DNA of 64,000 bases from Mobula hypostoma. Lineage: Eukaryota. A model generated the notes under the pieces. That model did no database searches and was not told where the DNA came from. It worked only from the letters and a program-made list of their open reading frames with translations. The stretch lies in the NCBI RefSeq assembly GCF_963921235.1, contig NC_086108.1, forward strand, positions 44,890,001 to 44,954,000, read 5' to 3'. A program made the position numbers and the translations under genes. Shown here one piece after another: positions 1 through 12,400 of this stretch; position 1 is the first letter of the stretch, and the number at the start of each line of letters is the position of its first letter.

Positions 1-44
1 TTGTAACTTGTATTAGTCAAAGAAAGGTTCAGTAAAGTTGATCA

Positions 45-50
45 TTTATT
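45..50 (-). terminator. Candidate NDC1 polyadenylation signal AATAAA
   Basis: tttatt on + strand, about 325 nt downstream of the NDC1 stop; motif only. Confidence 0.4.
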
Positions 51-373
51 TAGATATGCATAGATACAGATGTCAAAAATCTAGAAAGTCAAGTACAAGC
101 TTGCTCAATTCCAAATAGCACTTCAAGAAATACATTAGTTTTTTTTACACAATCATACACACACACACAAATATTTGTACTGTACAAAATCAAATTTTCA
201 GCTCAGAAGTCTCTTCCCATGAAGTCTTAGGATTGCTCTTAACAGCCTGAAACAAAAATCCTACACTTGTCAGGATATAAAAGGGAACTTTAGAACAGCA
301 AATGGACAATGCTGGTAGTGTGTTATAAAATTTTGACTTTGTGAGCACTAAGACTCGAAGATTTCAATTCATT

Positions 374-437
374 TCATTCCTTGTATTCCAGAAACTGTTG
401 CAGCCTTTTTCTGTGTTCTAATGATAGTTGGACAGCC
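374..437 (-). CDS. NDC1: NDC1 exon 18, coding part with stop
   Basis: [20 protein letters not shown] with TGA at 376-374; the 3' UTR runs toward position 1. Confidence 0.94.
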
Positions 438-3400
438 CTTAAATTAAGAAAATTTAAACATTACACATCATTTGGAAAAAAAAGAAATTAGCATTAAATG
501 AAACTGAGGGTTTTATTACTATTTCAGTAAAAGTACTTAACACGGTCAACAGTGAATATTCTGAAACTGCACCTTGCAGTACTACAGAGAATAAAGGGCA
601 GATATAGGATACAGACTTACTTTAAATGCTCTCCAAAGGTAGTGGTTATCCTGTAAATTGCAGTTTTCAGGGAAGCACGAAGGGCGAATCTCAAAGTCTT
701 GTAAGAAGAATCTATCAGAGTACCCGTGGATCTTGCTGGCTTGCTAGAGGCATGAGGTAGCTTAAAATGTTTGTCGACAGCCTGTTTCACATAAAATATT
801 AATTTCAGGAAAAATGAAACTTGATAAACACTGGTACAAGCAGCCCCCGTGTTACGTAGGGGCTGTGTTTTAAGAAAGCAACCTGCATTGCAATTTCTCT
901 AACTCAAAACCTTACCATTGAATGGCATGTTGTTAGTGGAGGAGAATACCTTTAAGGGTACCTTTGCTTTCAGTAGTAATGAGTACCACAGCTACTGGTT
1001 TGAAGTGAGGACCACTTAGGAGATTTGCTTTGGAAAATGACAAGTGGACAGCAACACACACAAAATGGTAGAGGATCACAGTAGGCCAGGTAGTATCTAT
1101 GAAAATGAGTAAGCAGTTGATATTTCAGGCCAAGAACCTTCATCAGTACTGGAAAAAAGATGAGAAGTTAAAGCAAGAAGGTGGGGGGGGGGTGAGAGAG
1201 AGGAAGAAGCACAAGGTGGTAGGTGATAGGTGAAACCAGGAAAGGAGGAGGGGTGAAATAAAGAGCTGGGAAGCTGACAGGTGAAAGGGATAAAGGGCTG
1301 GAGAAGGGGGAATCTGATAGGAGAGGGTAAAGACATGGAAGAAAGGGAATGGGAAAGGAACTCCAGAGGGAGATGATGGGCAGGTAAAGAGGTAAGTTGA
1401 GAGAGGGAAACAGGAATGGGAATGGTGAAGTGGGTGGACAATTACCAGAAGTTCAAGAAACTGACGTTCAAGTGGCCAACAGCTGTGTTTGGAGAGACTA
1501 CTTTTAAAATAAAATAGAAAACATTGCTATCAATTGAAAGGATTTTTTTCCTGATCTGAAATATGTCTTTCTCAGCTTTATTGCACTTTACAATTCTCAA
1601 TCCATTCAGAACTGAAAGGTGTAGTAGATTAATGTGTTTTTTTTCTCCCACAATATTCTACCATGTCATACAAATTGGTCTAAGACAGCTTTAAAGTAAC
1701 TGTAAGTGCCCAGTATAAACTGACAGCTGCAATTATTCTAACAGCGGGGTGTGACTGAAATGTGCCTAACGTGTACAACAGGCTCCGCTGAATGTGCCTG
1801 TTGCATGTACAGCTTTGCACTGATAATATTGAAACTTTACTTGCTTCCTAAAAACTCTGCAACCTCCAATGCTCTATAGTGGGGAGTTAATCATGATCCT
1901 AAATCACTTGTGCTATCGGTGCAAAGCTGTGCATGCAACAGGCACATTTAGTGGAGCCTATTGTACAGGTTAAGCACATTTCAGTCACTATACACAGATC
2001 TTTTGTACCTACACCAGTGAAACCCGGTCCTGATAAAGTGGCTCGGTCCAAACTGTCCTGTTTATCCCTGTCCATAGATGCTGCCTGACTTGCTGAGCTC
2101 CTTCAACATTTTGTGTGTTGCTGTGGATTTCCAACATCTGCAGTGTTTATCAGCGAAACCTCCCTAGACTAAAGACTGCAGCTTGTCAATCTGAATGCAA
2201 AATATCCCTGCATCTGTTGTGTTTGCTAACCCCATCTCCCCCGTTCCACATGACTGTTGATTCAAGACCCTTTTGAGGCATCTTCTTGTACTGTGAGGTC
2301 CTTATCAATGTATTACAACTTCCATGCTGTGTGACAGTCTTCTTAATTTGTCCGATCACATGCTCTAAGGTAGGGAGTTCCAACCTTTTTTCATAACACC
2401 ATGGACCAATACCATTAAGCAAGGGGTCTGTGGACCCCAGATTGGGAATCTCTGCTCTAAAGTGTTCAGCCAGCACCATTCCAAGCCATTCTTGTCACTT
2501 AGTCACACATCTCACTCAGACAGTGGATGAACCCAGAAAATATTATGTATTTCTTATAATCAATGCAATTTAAAAGGCAAAAAATATCCCAGTTGCAATC
2601 CTAGAAAACGCCAAATATAGGTACTGACTACGTTACGAGGGAAGTGCCCTAACAGATTGCCGAGCCAGGCCATTTGGCAATCAATAAGCTGATATTGAGT
2701 TCCTCTCCAAAGTGAGAGAAGGAGGCATCTCCTGAAGCTGCATTTCACCCAAACAATGGCAGAGATGTACTGGTAATGTATATGAGCCACCAAGTTAGTC
2801 TCAGGGCTCTTCATGTCATGTCAGTTAATTTGATTAGAAAAGGGAAGGGAAAAGCAGATGAACTATTAAAAGATGGTGAGGATTGAGGGACAGTGAGGAT
2901 TGAGGGACACTAAATATTCCTAATCACCCACAATTTACCATGATAATCTAAACACCCAGAGAAAGTATTTTAAAGTCAGGATTGTGGTGCTTGGTACAAC
3001 ATAGAAAGAACCCGAAAGACCCTTACCTCCTGGAGAGAGAGCATGGAAGACAGAATAGACGACAGCATTGTTTGCACTACACCATATCTGTCCTCTGTAA
3101 ATGAGGCCGTTACAAGATGAGAAAGGGCTGCAAATTTAAAAAAAGGACAAGTGAAATTAAATTGAAAAACATTAGATCGAACTTGATCAATCCTTATGGA
3201 ATGACCTAGCAGAAAAAGTGTTCTATCTAGAATGTTGCAGGTCAATTAACATTGAAAGTTTGTCAAACTACAGAAATTCCTTGCAAGGATTGATGAATGA
3301 GGAAAATATTCTTGGTTTATTCTGGAACCTGGAGATTCACATTTATTAAACACTATTTAAATTACATCAGTAACATTTTGATCCCCAGAAATTTAGTCCT

Positions 3401-6400
3401 ATTCATAGCTCCAGCATACTTTGCAGAATTGATGGTAAAGGCCAGTAGGGTAGCCCCTTGTTTATTTGAGATTTTAATCATCCAGTATGCCACTGATTGA
3501 TTATAACAGTTGGGTGTAATCAATACAAGCAGATCAGCACAATATAAACACTCAGTGGCAAGCAATGGGGTATATTTAAGCACAAAATCTTGACTCTGCA
3601 GACACTTGTAAACTGAAGGGTGGTCAGGAAAAACAGCAAGTTTAAAATAAAACCAGTGTAATTTGGCTTCTTTCGATCTAATTGAACATATATAGAATAG
3701 TTAATGATTTTGATGAATTAGTGAGTAGATACCAAGCAGAATAGTTAGCTAGTAGTATAATTGCTTTATTTGCAAAGGATAATTGGGCCCAAACATGCCA
3801 AGAATATCATGTCAAATTGATAACAGATATACCCTTAAATTTTAGGCAGTTCAAGACTCCTGTGCAAATGAAGAACATCTTTGCTGGGGTTTTCTGAACT
3901 GCTCTCTAACACTGGGATGGGAATTTCCTTCAAAATTTTCCAACATTTACATTGGGGAATCTGCTGACTGAGATCTGGAATAGGCACAAATCATTTAGTT
4001 TCAATAAAGAAGGGCAAGGATAAGCTAAATTATATTTAATTTTTAATTGAGTTTGCTTAAAGTTTTTTTTTTGCTTAGAGATACAGCACAGAACAGGCCT
4101 TTCCTGCCCAACAAGCTGCACCACCCTTCAACCAACCCATTTAACCCGAGCCAATTCACAGGACTATTTACAATGACCAACTAACCTATTAACTGGTACA
4201 TCTTTGGAATGTGGGAAGAAACCAGAGCAACCATGTTCACAGAAAGGATATACAACGTCTCACAAAGGACGCCAAAATGTTTCTTTAAAAAGATTTAAAA
4301 AATTAGACTTCAAATCATAAATGATTCATTTATTTTTAAAAGTTGGGATATTTCTATACGTTAGGGACATTCAGCAATATATATTTCTAAACATTTAAAG
4401 TTACAACAGCTGTCAAATCTTCAGGTTATGATAATGGAGCATGACATGGCCTGACCCAACACATGACAGCATGAAGTTGTACAATGCTCTGCCACACACG
4501 GGGTCCGGTCGTTTAGTTGCCTCGATGGGACTTAGAAAATCCACAGTTGTTGGAAGTAAACTATGGGTCATTGTTCAAGATCAAGATGAGAAATTGGTTA
4601 TTTAGGTTGAAAATATATGAAAGCCAAAGCATTCTTTGCCGGCTAAAGCATTAATTATAATTCCCGAAGCTTCTTATCATCAAGTTTTAATCCCCTTTCA
4701 CTAAATTCCACATGCAACCTTATATAATTAATGCTCAAGAGATTGTACAGACCTTTAACATGAAAATACATACATGTTCTTTTGTTTCCTGTGGCAGTAT
4801 TTATGCAGATTCAATGAGTGTGTTATTGCCCCTTAACCAGCACAATGATTTCAACATTTAACCAGCTACTTAGTCCACTTCTGTGAGAGGGGATGAATAA
4901 TAAATAATTGAATGGCAAGGCAGGAAATCAAATTCAAAAAGGGTTGTTTGGAGGCAGTATATTAGTGGAGTTAAAACAGCTGATAGCCCAATTCAGATGC
5001 AAGGTACAAAGGTTAAGAATTCAATGACATCAACAACAGACGTAGGCTCTGCAATCTCTTGAAGCTGGTCATGTTCCACAAATTCCTGGCTAATTTACCT
5101 CCAGTCAACCTCTCAACCTTTACCCACATCCTTTGATTTATGTCATCTCCACAAATCTATTGTTCTCATTTTGAATAGGTGTAACAGGGCATCCAGCTGA
5201 GAATTGCAAGTGCCTGGGGGAAAAATTCTTGTCCACTATTCTGAATAGTTCTTATCCTTTCAGTTAAACTTTCCAGCCTGAGGGAACAATTGTTTAGCAT
5301 ATCAAAATTGTGTGCAGTGATCCCTTAATTTTCAGCTGCCTGATTTGCTGAGAAGCTCCAGCATTTTGAGTGTGCTGCTTAAGATTTCCAGCGTCTGCAG
5401 AATCTCTTGTGTTCTTTAATTTTCATAATTTTATGGTTGAAATCCACCGATGCATTAGTCTGTGACATTGTTGTAGAATCAGCATATGGAGCGTCTAATA
5501 TCACTTGATGTCCTGCATAGCCACCAATTTTATACCAAGGGTTCTCCTCAATCGCTTAAGGACAGACCAGACAAAATCCACACTGCTTCACCTGAGCTAT
5601 ATATATAACAATTTACTGGGATAAAACTCAGCGATGAAACATCTTTAAAGTGCTAAATATTCATTACTTCACAGCCCCCCTCATGTGCATAGGAAATCTA
5701 TAACACTGCCCACTCCACAATTTATATTCCAATCATATCCGGGTAAAATTTCTGATCATAAATACACGAGATTCTGCAGATGCTGGAATCTTTAGCACCA
5801 CACACAAAATGCTAGAGGACCTCAGCAAATCAGGCAGCGGCTATGGAGGGGAAAATCAATGTTTCCGGCCAAGACCATTCACTAGGACGGTAAAGGAAGG
5901 GAACCGGAGTCCCAATAAGGTGGGCGAGCAGGGTTGAACTAAAAAGCTGTGAGGTGAAAGGTCAACAGGAAAAGGGCAGAAGGAGAAATCTATAGTGGAT
6001 CATGGAAGAAGGGAAGGAGGTGATAGGCAGATGAGAAGGGAGGGAGGTAACCAGAATAGGGAATGGAAAAGAAGGGGGAGGGAGTTGTAATTACCAGAAG
6101 TTAGAGAAATTGATATTCACCCATCAGGTTGGAGGCAACCCAGGTGTTACCTGAGTCTGGCCACATCGTGGCAGTAGAGGCAGCCATGGACAGACAGGAT
6201 AGAATGGGAAGTCGAATTGAAATGGGCGGTCACCAGAAGATTCTGCCTTTTGTGGTGGACCGAGCAAAGCTGCTCAAAGCAGTCCCCAATCTGTGTCTGG
6301 TCTCACTGATGTAGAGACAGCACCGGGAGCATTAGATACAGCAGTTGACCCAAGACTAGCAGGTGAAATGTTTCCTCACGTGGAAGGACTGTGTAGGCCC

Positions 6401-9400
6401 TAAATGGCAGTGAGAGAGAAGATCAGTTGTCCCTCCCCACTGATCTTCTCCAGGCACATATTCCTGTAAATACAACAAGTGCTATACCTCCTCTCTCACT
6501 GCAATTTAGAGCCTACACAGAGTGATCCCTATGGAAGATGGAAGGGGAAAAGGAAAGATATGTTTGGTGGATTTGGGAAACGTTAGAGAATACCAAGCCT
6601 CTTGGAATGGTAGGCAAGGACAAGGGGAACACTGTCCCTGTTATTGTGGCAGAATAGGGTGAGAGCAGATATGGCAGACACAGGAACAGAGAAGGAAATA
6701 ACATTTTTTTAAAAACAAGTGTCAGGTTAGGAAGAAGTATAATCAAGATAACTGTGAGAGTCAGTAGGTTTGCAAAAGATGTCAGTAGTTTGTCTGCTTC
6801 TTCCTAACCTCTATTTTATCAGGAGTTAAATTTTAATTGCTTTCTAAACTTTTTTTATTTTGATTGAAAGTTAATATCCATGGGCTTAGGTTACAATCAT
6901 AAAGTCATGAAAAGTTACAGGAGGAAAACATGCCTTTCAGCCCACTAAATCCAGACTGAAAATTAACCACCCAGTTACATAAATCTAGTCTGCAGGTTAA
7001 TTTGAAATGTTGTCACCCTCTGTCAACTCCTTAACCCAACAAATCACTAACTCCTATTGCCATGCCTGCAAACACACACAAAGATGCCCCCCCACTTGGA
7101 TACAATATGGTGTTCACAACAGTCTCTGGAACATATCCCCTGCAAAACGCAATGAGATCCATTTGATTGCAAATGCAAGCCAACCTACTAAGCCTTTCTT
7201 GATAGGACAATTTTTCACCCTGGCAATTGATAAAGAGCGTGAACCAGAAGGACTCAATACTGCCTCGCAACGATTACGTGCAATTCAGAAGCTGAAAGTG
7301 TGATAAAAATTGTGACAGAATGGAGTCATTAAGGGAAGAAAATCTGAAATAATTGACTAAAAGTTGACTTTTCTTGTTGAATTTTCATTGCTTTTTGGTT
7401 TCTGTTTTTCTCTCCACTCCACCAACTTAAAATACATTCGTTTTTGGGAAGTGTGCAATGCTGCAAACTCAGTGGAATGGACCATGCTACGAATTTGTCA
7501 ATGATTCTATGGAGAAGTACTGGATAGCTGAAATAAACAGGCAAGTGAGTTCCTTTAGGCCACATCTCCTCATTGCCACAGAAATTTGGAATTCTCTGGA
7601 GGTTTCACTTTTAGCTATGCCAGTAGATTAAGTGCTAAATCTAAGAGCAGAGCTCAGTTATCTTATGATGAGAGAAAGTAAGCACTCACCATTTGGCCTT
7701 TAAGCTGTGTCTGCTACAGACAGACCATGTTTCTATTCATTAGAATGGAATTGAAGTCGGATTGAAGGTGTGTCTGGTAAGTGATTTTTAACACTATTTC
7801 AAAATCAGTCTAAATACTTTCAATGTCTATAAATTAAAATGTGCTTAAGTGAATGTGCAAGTCTGTTGAATTTAGGAGTATTCAGGTCCACACCCACTTC
7901 TGCAGAACAATCCAATTCTCCCCCTCCTATTTCCCTATAGTCCTACAACTTATTCTTGCTCACAAGCCCGTCAACTCCTCTTTCATCTTTTTGTCAAAAA
8001 ATTTACATTAACAGGTGAGGAAATGCACACAACTATGGGAAGCTGAGAGGCAGCAGCACCAGCAGTTCTGCCACAAGGTTGCTGATCTCAACTGCAATAC
8101 ACTCTTCAAGTAAATGGATTAAAAATGCTTCAAATAACATCAGATAATTGGTTGGAAGCAAGCCATATTTCTGACATAAGCAATTACCTTCAAGAGCCCA
8201 AATATGTGCTTGACTGTTCGCAAACAAGGCCTGACTTGAAGCTTCCGGAAGCTGGAAAAAAAAACATAATTAAATCTAATCTCTCTTAATTATTAGAAAA
8301 AGACGTGCAGTATGAGCAAGATTGACAAGTTAGGCTAGCTGAGATTGTGAAATACTATGCAGTGTCAGTCAGTCACATGCAAAGCCACTCAGTAGAGCAC
8401 ATTTGAGCCATTAGTCTGGATTATTTCATAAAGCTGACTGATTTTCAAAATTGTGCATTTGGTATTTCATTTCAAAATTCCATACACGCATAATGGAAAG
8501 AAGCCAAGTTAAAGCTCACATGCAAAGCATTTAAGTTCTGAACACAACCTACTTCTTAAAATATGATGTAATGCAGAAATTTCTCAAGTGATAATAAGTT
8601 ACAAATGAATAAAAGCTCTCTTATACTTTGTTGTTGGCTTTATTTAACAATGCCATTTGCAGAAGTCAACTGCAGATAAAACTTTGCAATTAGAGGCAAA
8701 TTAATGTTGCCCAAAAAAAGGTGAATAAATGCAAATCTGCAGATGCTGGGGTCAAAGCAACACTCACAACACGTTGGAGGAACTCAGCAGGTCGGGCAGC
8801 ATCCGTGGAAACGTCGACCGATCTTTTCCACGGATGTTGCCCGACCTGCTGAGTTCCTCCAGCGTGTTGTGAAGGTGAATAAGTGACTGCCTCAGCTATT
8901 GGCCATGATATCTGTATCGAATCAATAGCAAATTTTTGAACACCATTAATTATATTTAAGAGTACATCTTGTTCTCCTAAACAGGAGTTCATTAACTCCA
9001 GCAAATCAGAAATGTGGAGATTTTGTATGGATTTTATTTTTGCATCTGTATTTACTTGGTAAATGGACACAGAGACTGAAAAAGTGAGGTCACGGACCAT
9101 GTACAGATTACAGAGGAGGTGGTGGTTGCTGTCAAGGCAAATCCCCAGGGCTTGACAATCCCTCGGACCTTAAGAAGCTAGTACAGAAATTGCAGGGGGC
9201 CAGGCAGAGATATTTAAAACATCCTTAGCAATGGGTGAGGTGCCAGAGGATTGTAAGATAGCTAATGTTGTTCCATTGTTTAAGAAAGGGTCTAAAAATA
9301 TACTGGGAAATTATAGACTGGTGAGCCCAGCATCAGTAGTGGGCAAGCTATTGGAAGGTATTCTAAGGGACCAGATATACAAGTATTTGGAAGGAAGGGG

Positions 9401-12400
9401 AATGATTAGGGTTAGTCAACATGGCTTTGTGCATGGTAAGTCGTGTCTTAACAATCTTAAGAGTTTTTTGAGGAAGTTACCAGGAAAGTTGGTGAAGGCA
9501 ACACAGTGGATGCTGGATGGAATTTAGCAAGGCCTTTGACATGGGAGGATGGTCAAAAAAAAGGTTCAGTTGCTTAGCATCCAGGATGAGGTAGTAAACT
9601 GGATTAGACATTGGCTTTCTGGGAGAAGGCAGAGAGCGATAGCAGATGGTTGTCTCTCTGACAGGATGCCCGTGATTAGTGATGTGCCACAGGGAATAGT
9701 GCTGGGTCCATTGTTGTTTATCTAATCTACTTCAACCATCTGGATGATACTGTAGTAAAATGGATCAGCAAATATGCCGATGACACCTAGACTGTGGGAC
9801 ACAGTAGACAGTGACGAAGGCTATCAAAGCTTGCAGTGGGATACAGACCAGCTGGAAAAATGGCAAATGTAATTTAAAGCCGACAAGTGTGAGGTGCTAC
9901 TCTTTGGGAGAATAAACCAGGGTAGAATTTACAATGAGCTGTAGGGCACTGATGAGAGCAGGAGAACTGAGGGATCTAGGAATACAGGTTCATAATTCCT
10001 TGAAAGTGGTGTCACTGTTAGAAAGCGTTGTAAAGAGAGCTTTTGGCACATTGGCCTTCAAAGTATTGAGTACAGGAGTTGGGATGTCATTTTGAAGTTG
10101 TATAAAACATTGGGGAGGTCTAATTTGGAGTATTGCATGCTGCTCTGGTCACCTGTCTGCAGGAAAGATATCAATAAGATTGAAAGAATGCAGAGAAAAT
10201 TTATGAGGATGCTGCTAGGACTTGACCTGAGTTATCAGGAAAGATTGAACAGGTTAGAACTTTATTCCCCGGAGCACAGGAGAGTAAAAGGAGATCTGAC
10301 AGAGGTATATGCAAGCAGGCTTCTTCTACTGAGGTTGGGTGAGCCCAAAACCAGAGATCATGAATTAAAGCTGAAAGGTGAAATGTTTAAGGAAAACATG
10401 AGAGGGAACTTCACTCAGAGGGTGGCGAGAGTATGGAACAAGCTGCCAGCATAAGTGGTAATTTGGGCAACACACAAAATGCTGGAGGAACTCAGCAGGC
10501 CAGGCAGCATCCAAGGAAAAAAAGTGCAGCCGACATTTTGGGCTGAAACCCTTCAGCAGGACTGGAGAAAAAAAGCTGAGGAGTAGATTTTACAAGGTGG
10601 GGGAGGGCAGTGAGAAATAGCAGGTGATAGGTGAAACCTGAAGAGGGAGGGATGAAGTAAAGAGCTGGGAAGTTGATTGGTGAAAGAGACAGAAGGCCAT
10701 GGAAGAAAGAAAACGGGGATAGGAGCACCAGAGGGAGGCGATGGGCAGGCAAGGAGATAAGAGAGGGACAAGAGGATGGGAAATGGTGAAGGTGGGGGTG
10801 GCAGGGGGCTATTACCAGAAGGTTGAGAAATCGATGTTCATGCCATCCCCTTTTCCCTCTTTCACCCCATCTCCTTGCCCGCCCATCACCTCCCTCTGGT
10901 GCTCCTCACCCCCTTTTCCTTTCAAATCTACTCCTCAGCTTTTTTTGTCCAGTCCTGCCAAAGGGTTTCGGCCTCAAACATCGACCGTACTTTTTTCCAT
11001 GGATTCTACCTGGCCTGCTGAGTTCCTCCAGCATTTTGCACGTGTTGCTTGAATTTCCAGCATCTGCAGATTTTCTCTCGTTTGTGGTAGATTTGGGTTC
11101 AGTTTAAGAGAAGTTTGGATGATGGGACTAGGAAGGTTAATACTTCAGCATGGACTAGATGGACTGAAGGGCCTGTTACAGTGCTGTGGTGTTCTATGGC
11201 TGTGGAGCAACTATGTGTTGAATATCTTGAATTACAGAAAAATTGCTGCTTTTAAAATAGCAATTCTTTTCAATTATTCAGATGGTTCAGATTCATATAT
11301 CTATGTGTTAGTTGTAAATCCCAATAAATCTCCAGTGCTATTGCTTATGATTGCATTAGTCTCAATAACAGTTACTTTATTTAACTGCTAATTCATTATT
11401 CTAAGGCCAGAAATTTGACTCAATTCTGCATTCACATCTATGTCAGAAGCTGATCAGCATCTATCTTCTGAGAAAACTGCCAATGCATGCAAAATTTTAA
11501 TGGACCAAATCAGCAAGCCATAAAATTTCAATTATTTCCAACAGTCAAAAGTTTGTGAATAGCTGAAGATTTTGCTAATTTGCCAACTGTTGCTCATCAC
11601 AATAGCGAAGCTTGCAAACAGTGAAGAGAATCACTTAACAGCAGCTTCCAGACTTCACAAGTAACTGTGTACCGGCACACCTCGGAATTTGTCATCACAT
11701 TTGCTCCAATAATGGTAACTATCATTCTCAATGCAAACTCCAGATAAATATATTAAATTCCTTTGAAATTTTAACATGTTATTTGATCAAAACGACCTCA
11801 GATATTACTCCATGTTTGAGAAACCAATGCACTAAAGGCATAAAGCAGAAGAGATTGCAATATCTAGTATGACAAGAAAATTTGTAATGTATGAAACATG
11901 AACTAAAGCAATTCTGACAACTACCTGATGTACTTTGGCATTATGACTATATTCTATTTTGACCATATGCAAAGGTCAAAGGATATTTGTAATGGTGAAT
12001 TGTGCTCATGCACATAATTTCTCAATGGAAATGCTCAAACTGCCTTGTATTTGACAAAGTAAATAACACCTTGAGTTTGGCAAGGTGGATGGGAAACAAC
12101 TGAGAAAGTGGAGGGAGGGAGAAAAGATGAATGTTAGGGCCAGTAAAAACAGGCAGGAGCAAAGTAATAGATATGATGGGACACAGTTTGGAATATATGC
12201 ACTTTAATGCAGGGAGAAATCAATAAATCAGGGGTTCCCAACCTGGGGAACACAAGCCACTCAGTTAATATAATTACTGGACAAGACCCTTAACAGTGTT
12301 GATGAGCAGAGGGATCTCGGGGTCCAAGTTCATAGCTCCCTGAACTTGACTACACAGATTAGGGTGAGTATTGCACACAATTCTGGTCAGTCATTATAAG

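Noticed and set aside
833..910. Tigger-like terminal sequence tacaagcagcccccgtgttacg
   Set aside because: No matching second TIR found.
1097..1441. 114-aa Ser/Pro/Leu-rich ORF and similar ORFs at 10492-11107
   Set aside because: Low-complexity pyrimidine-rich strand of the Penelope-derived repeat; not host genes.
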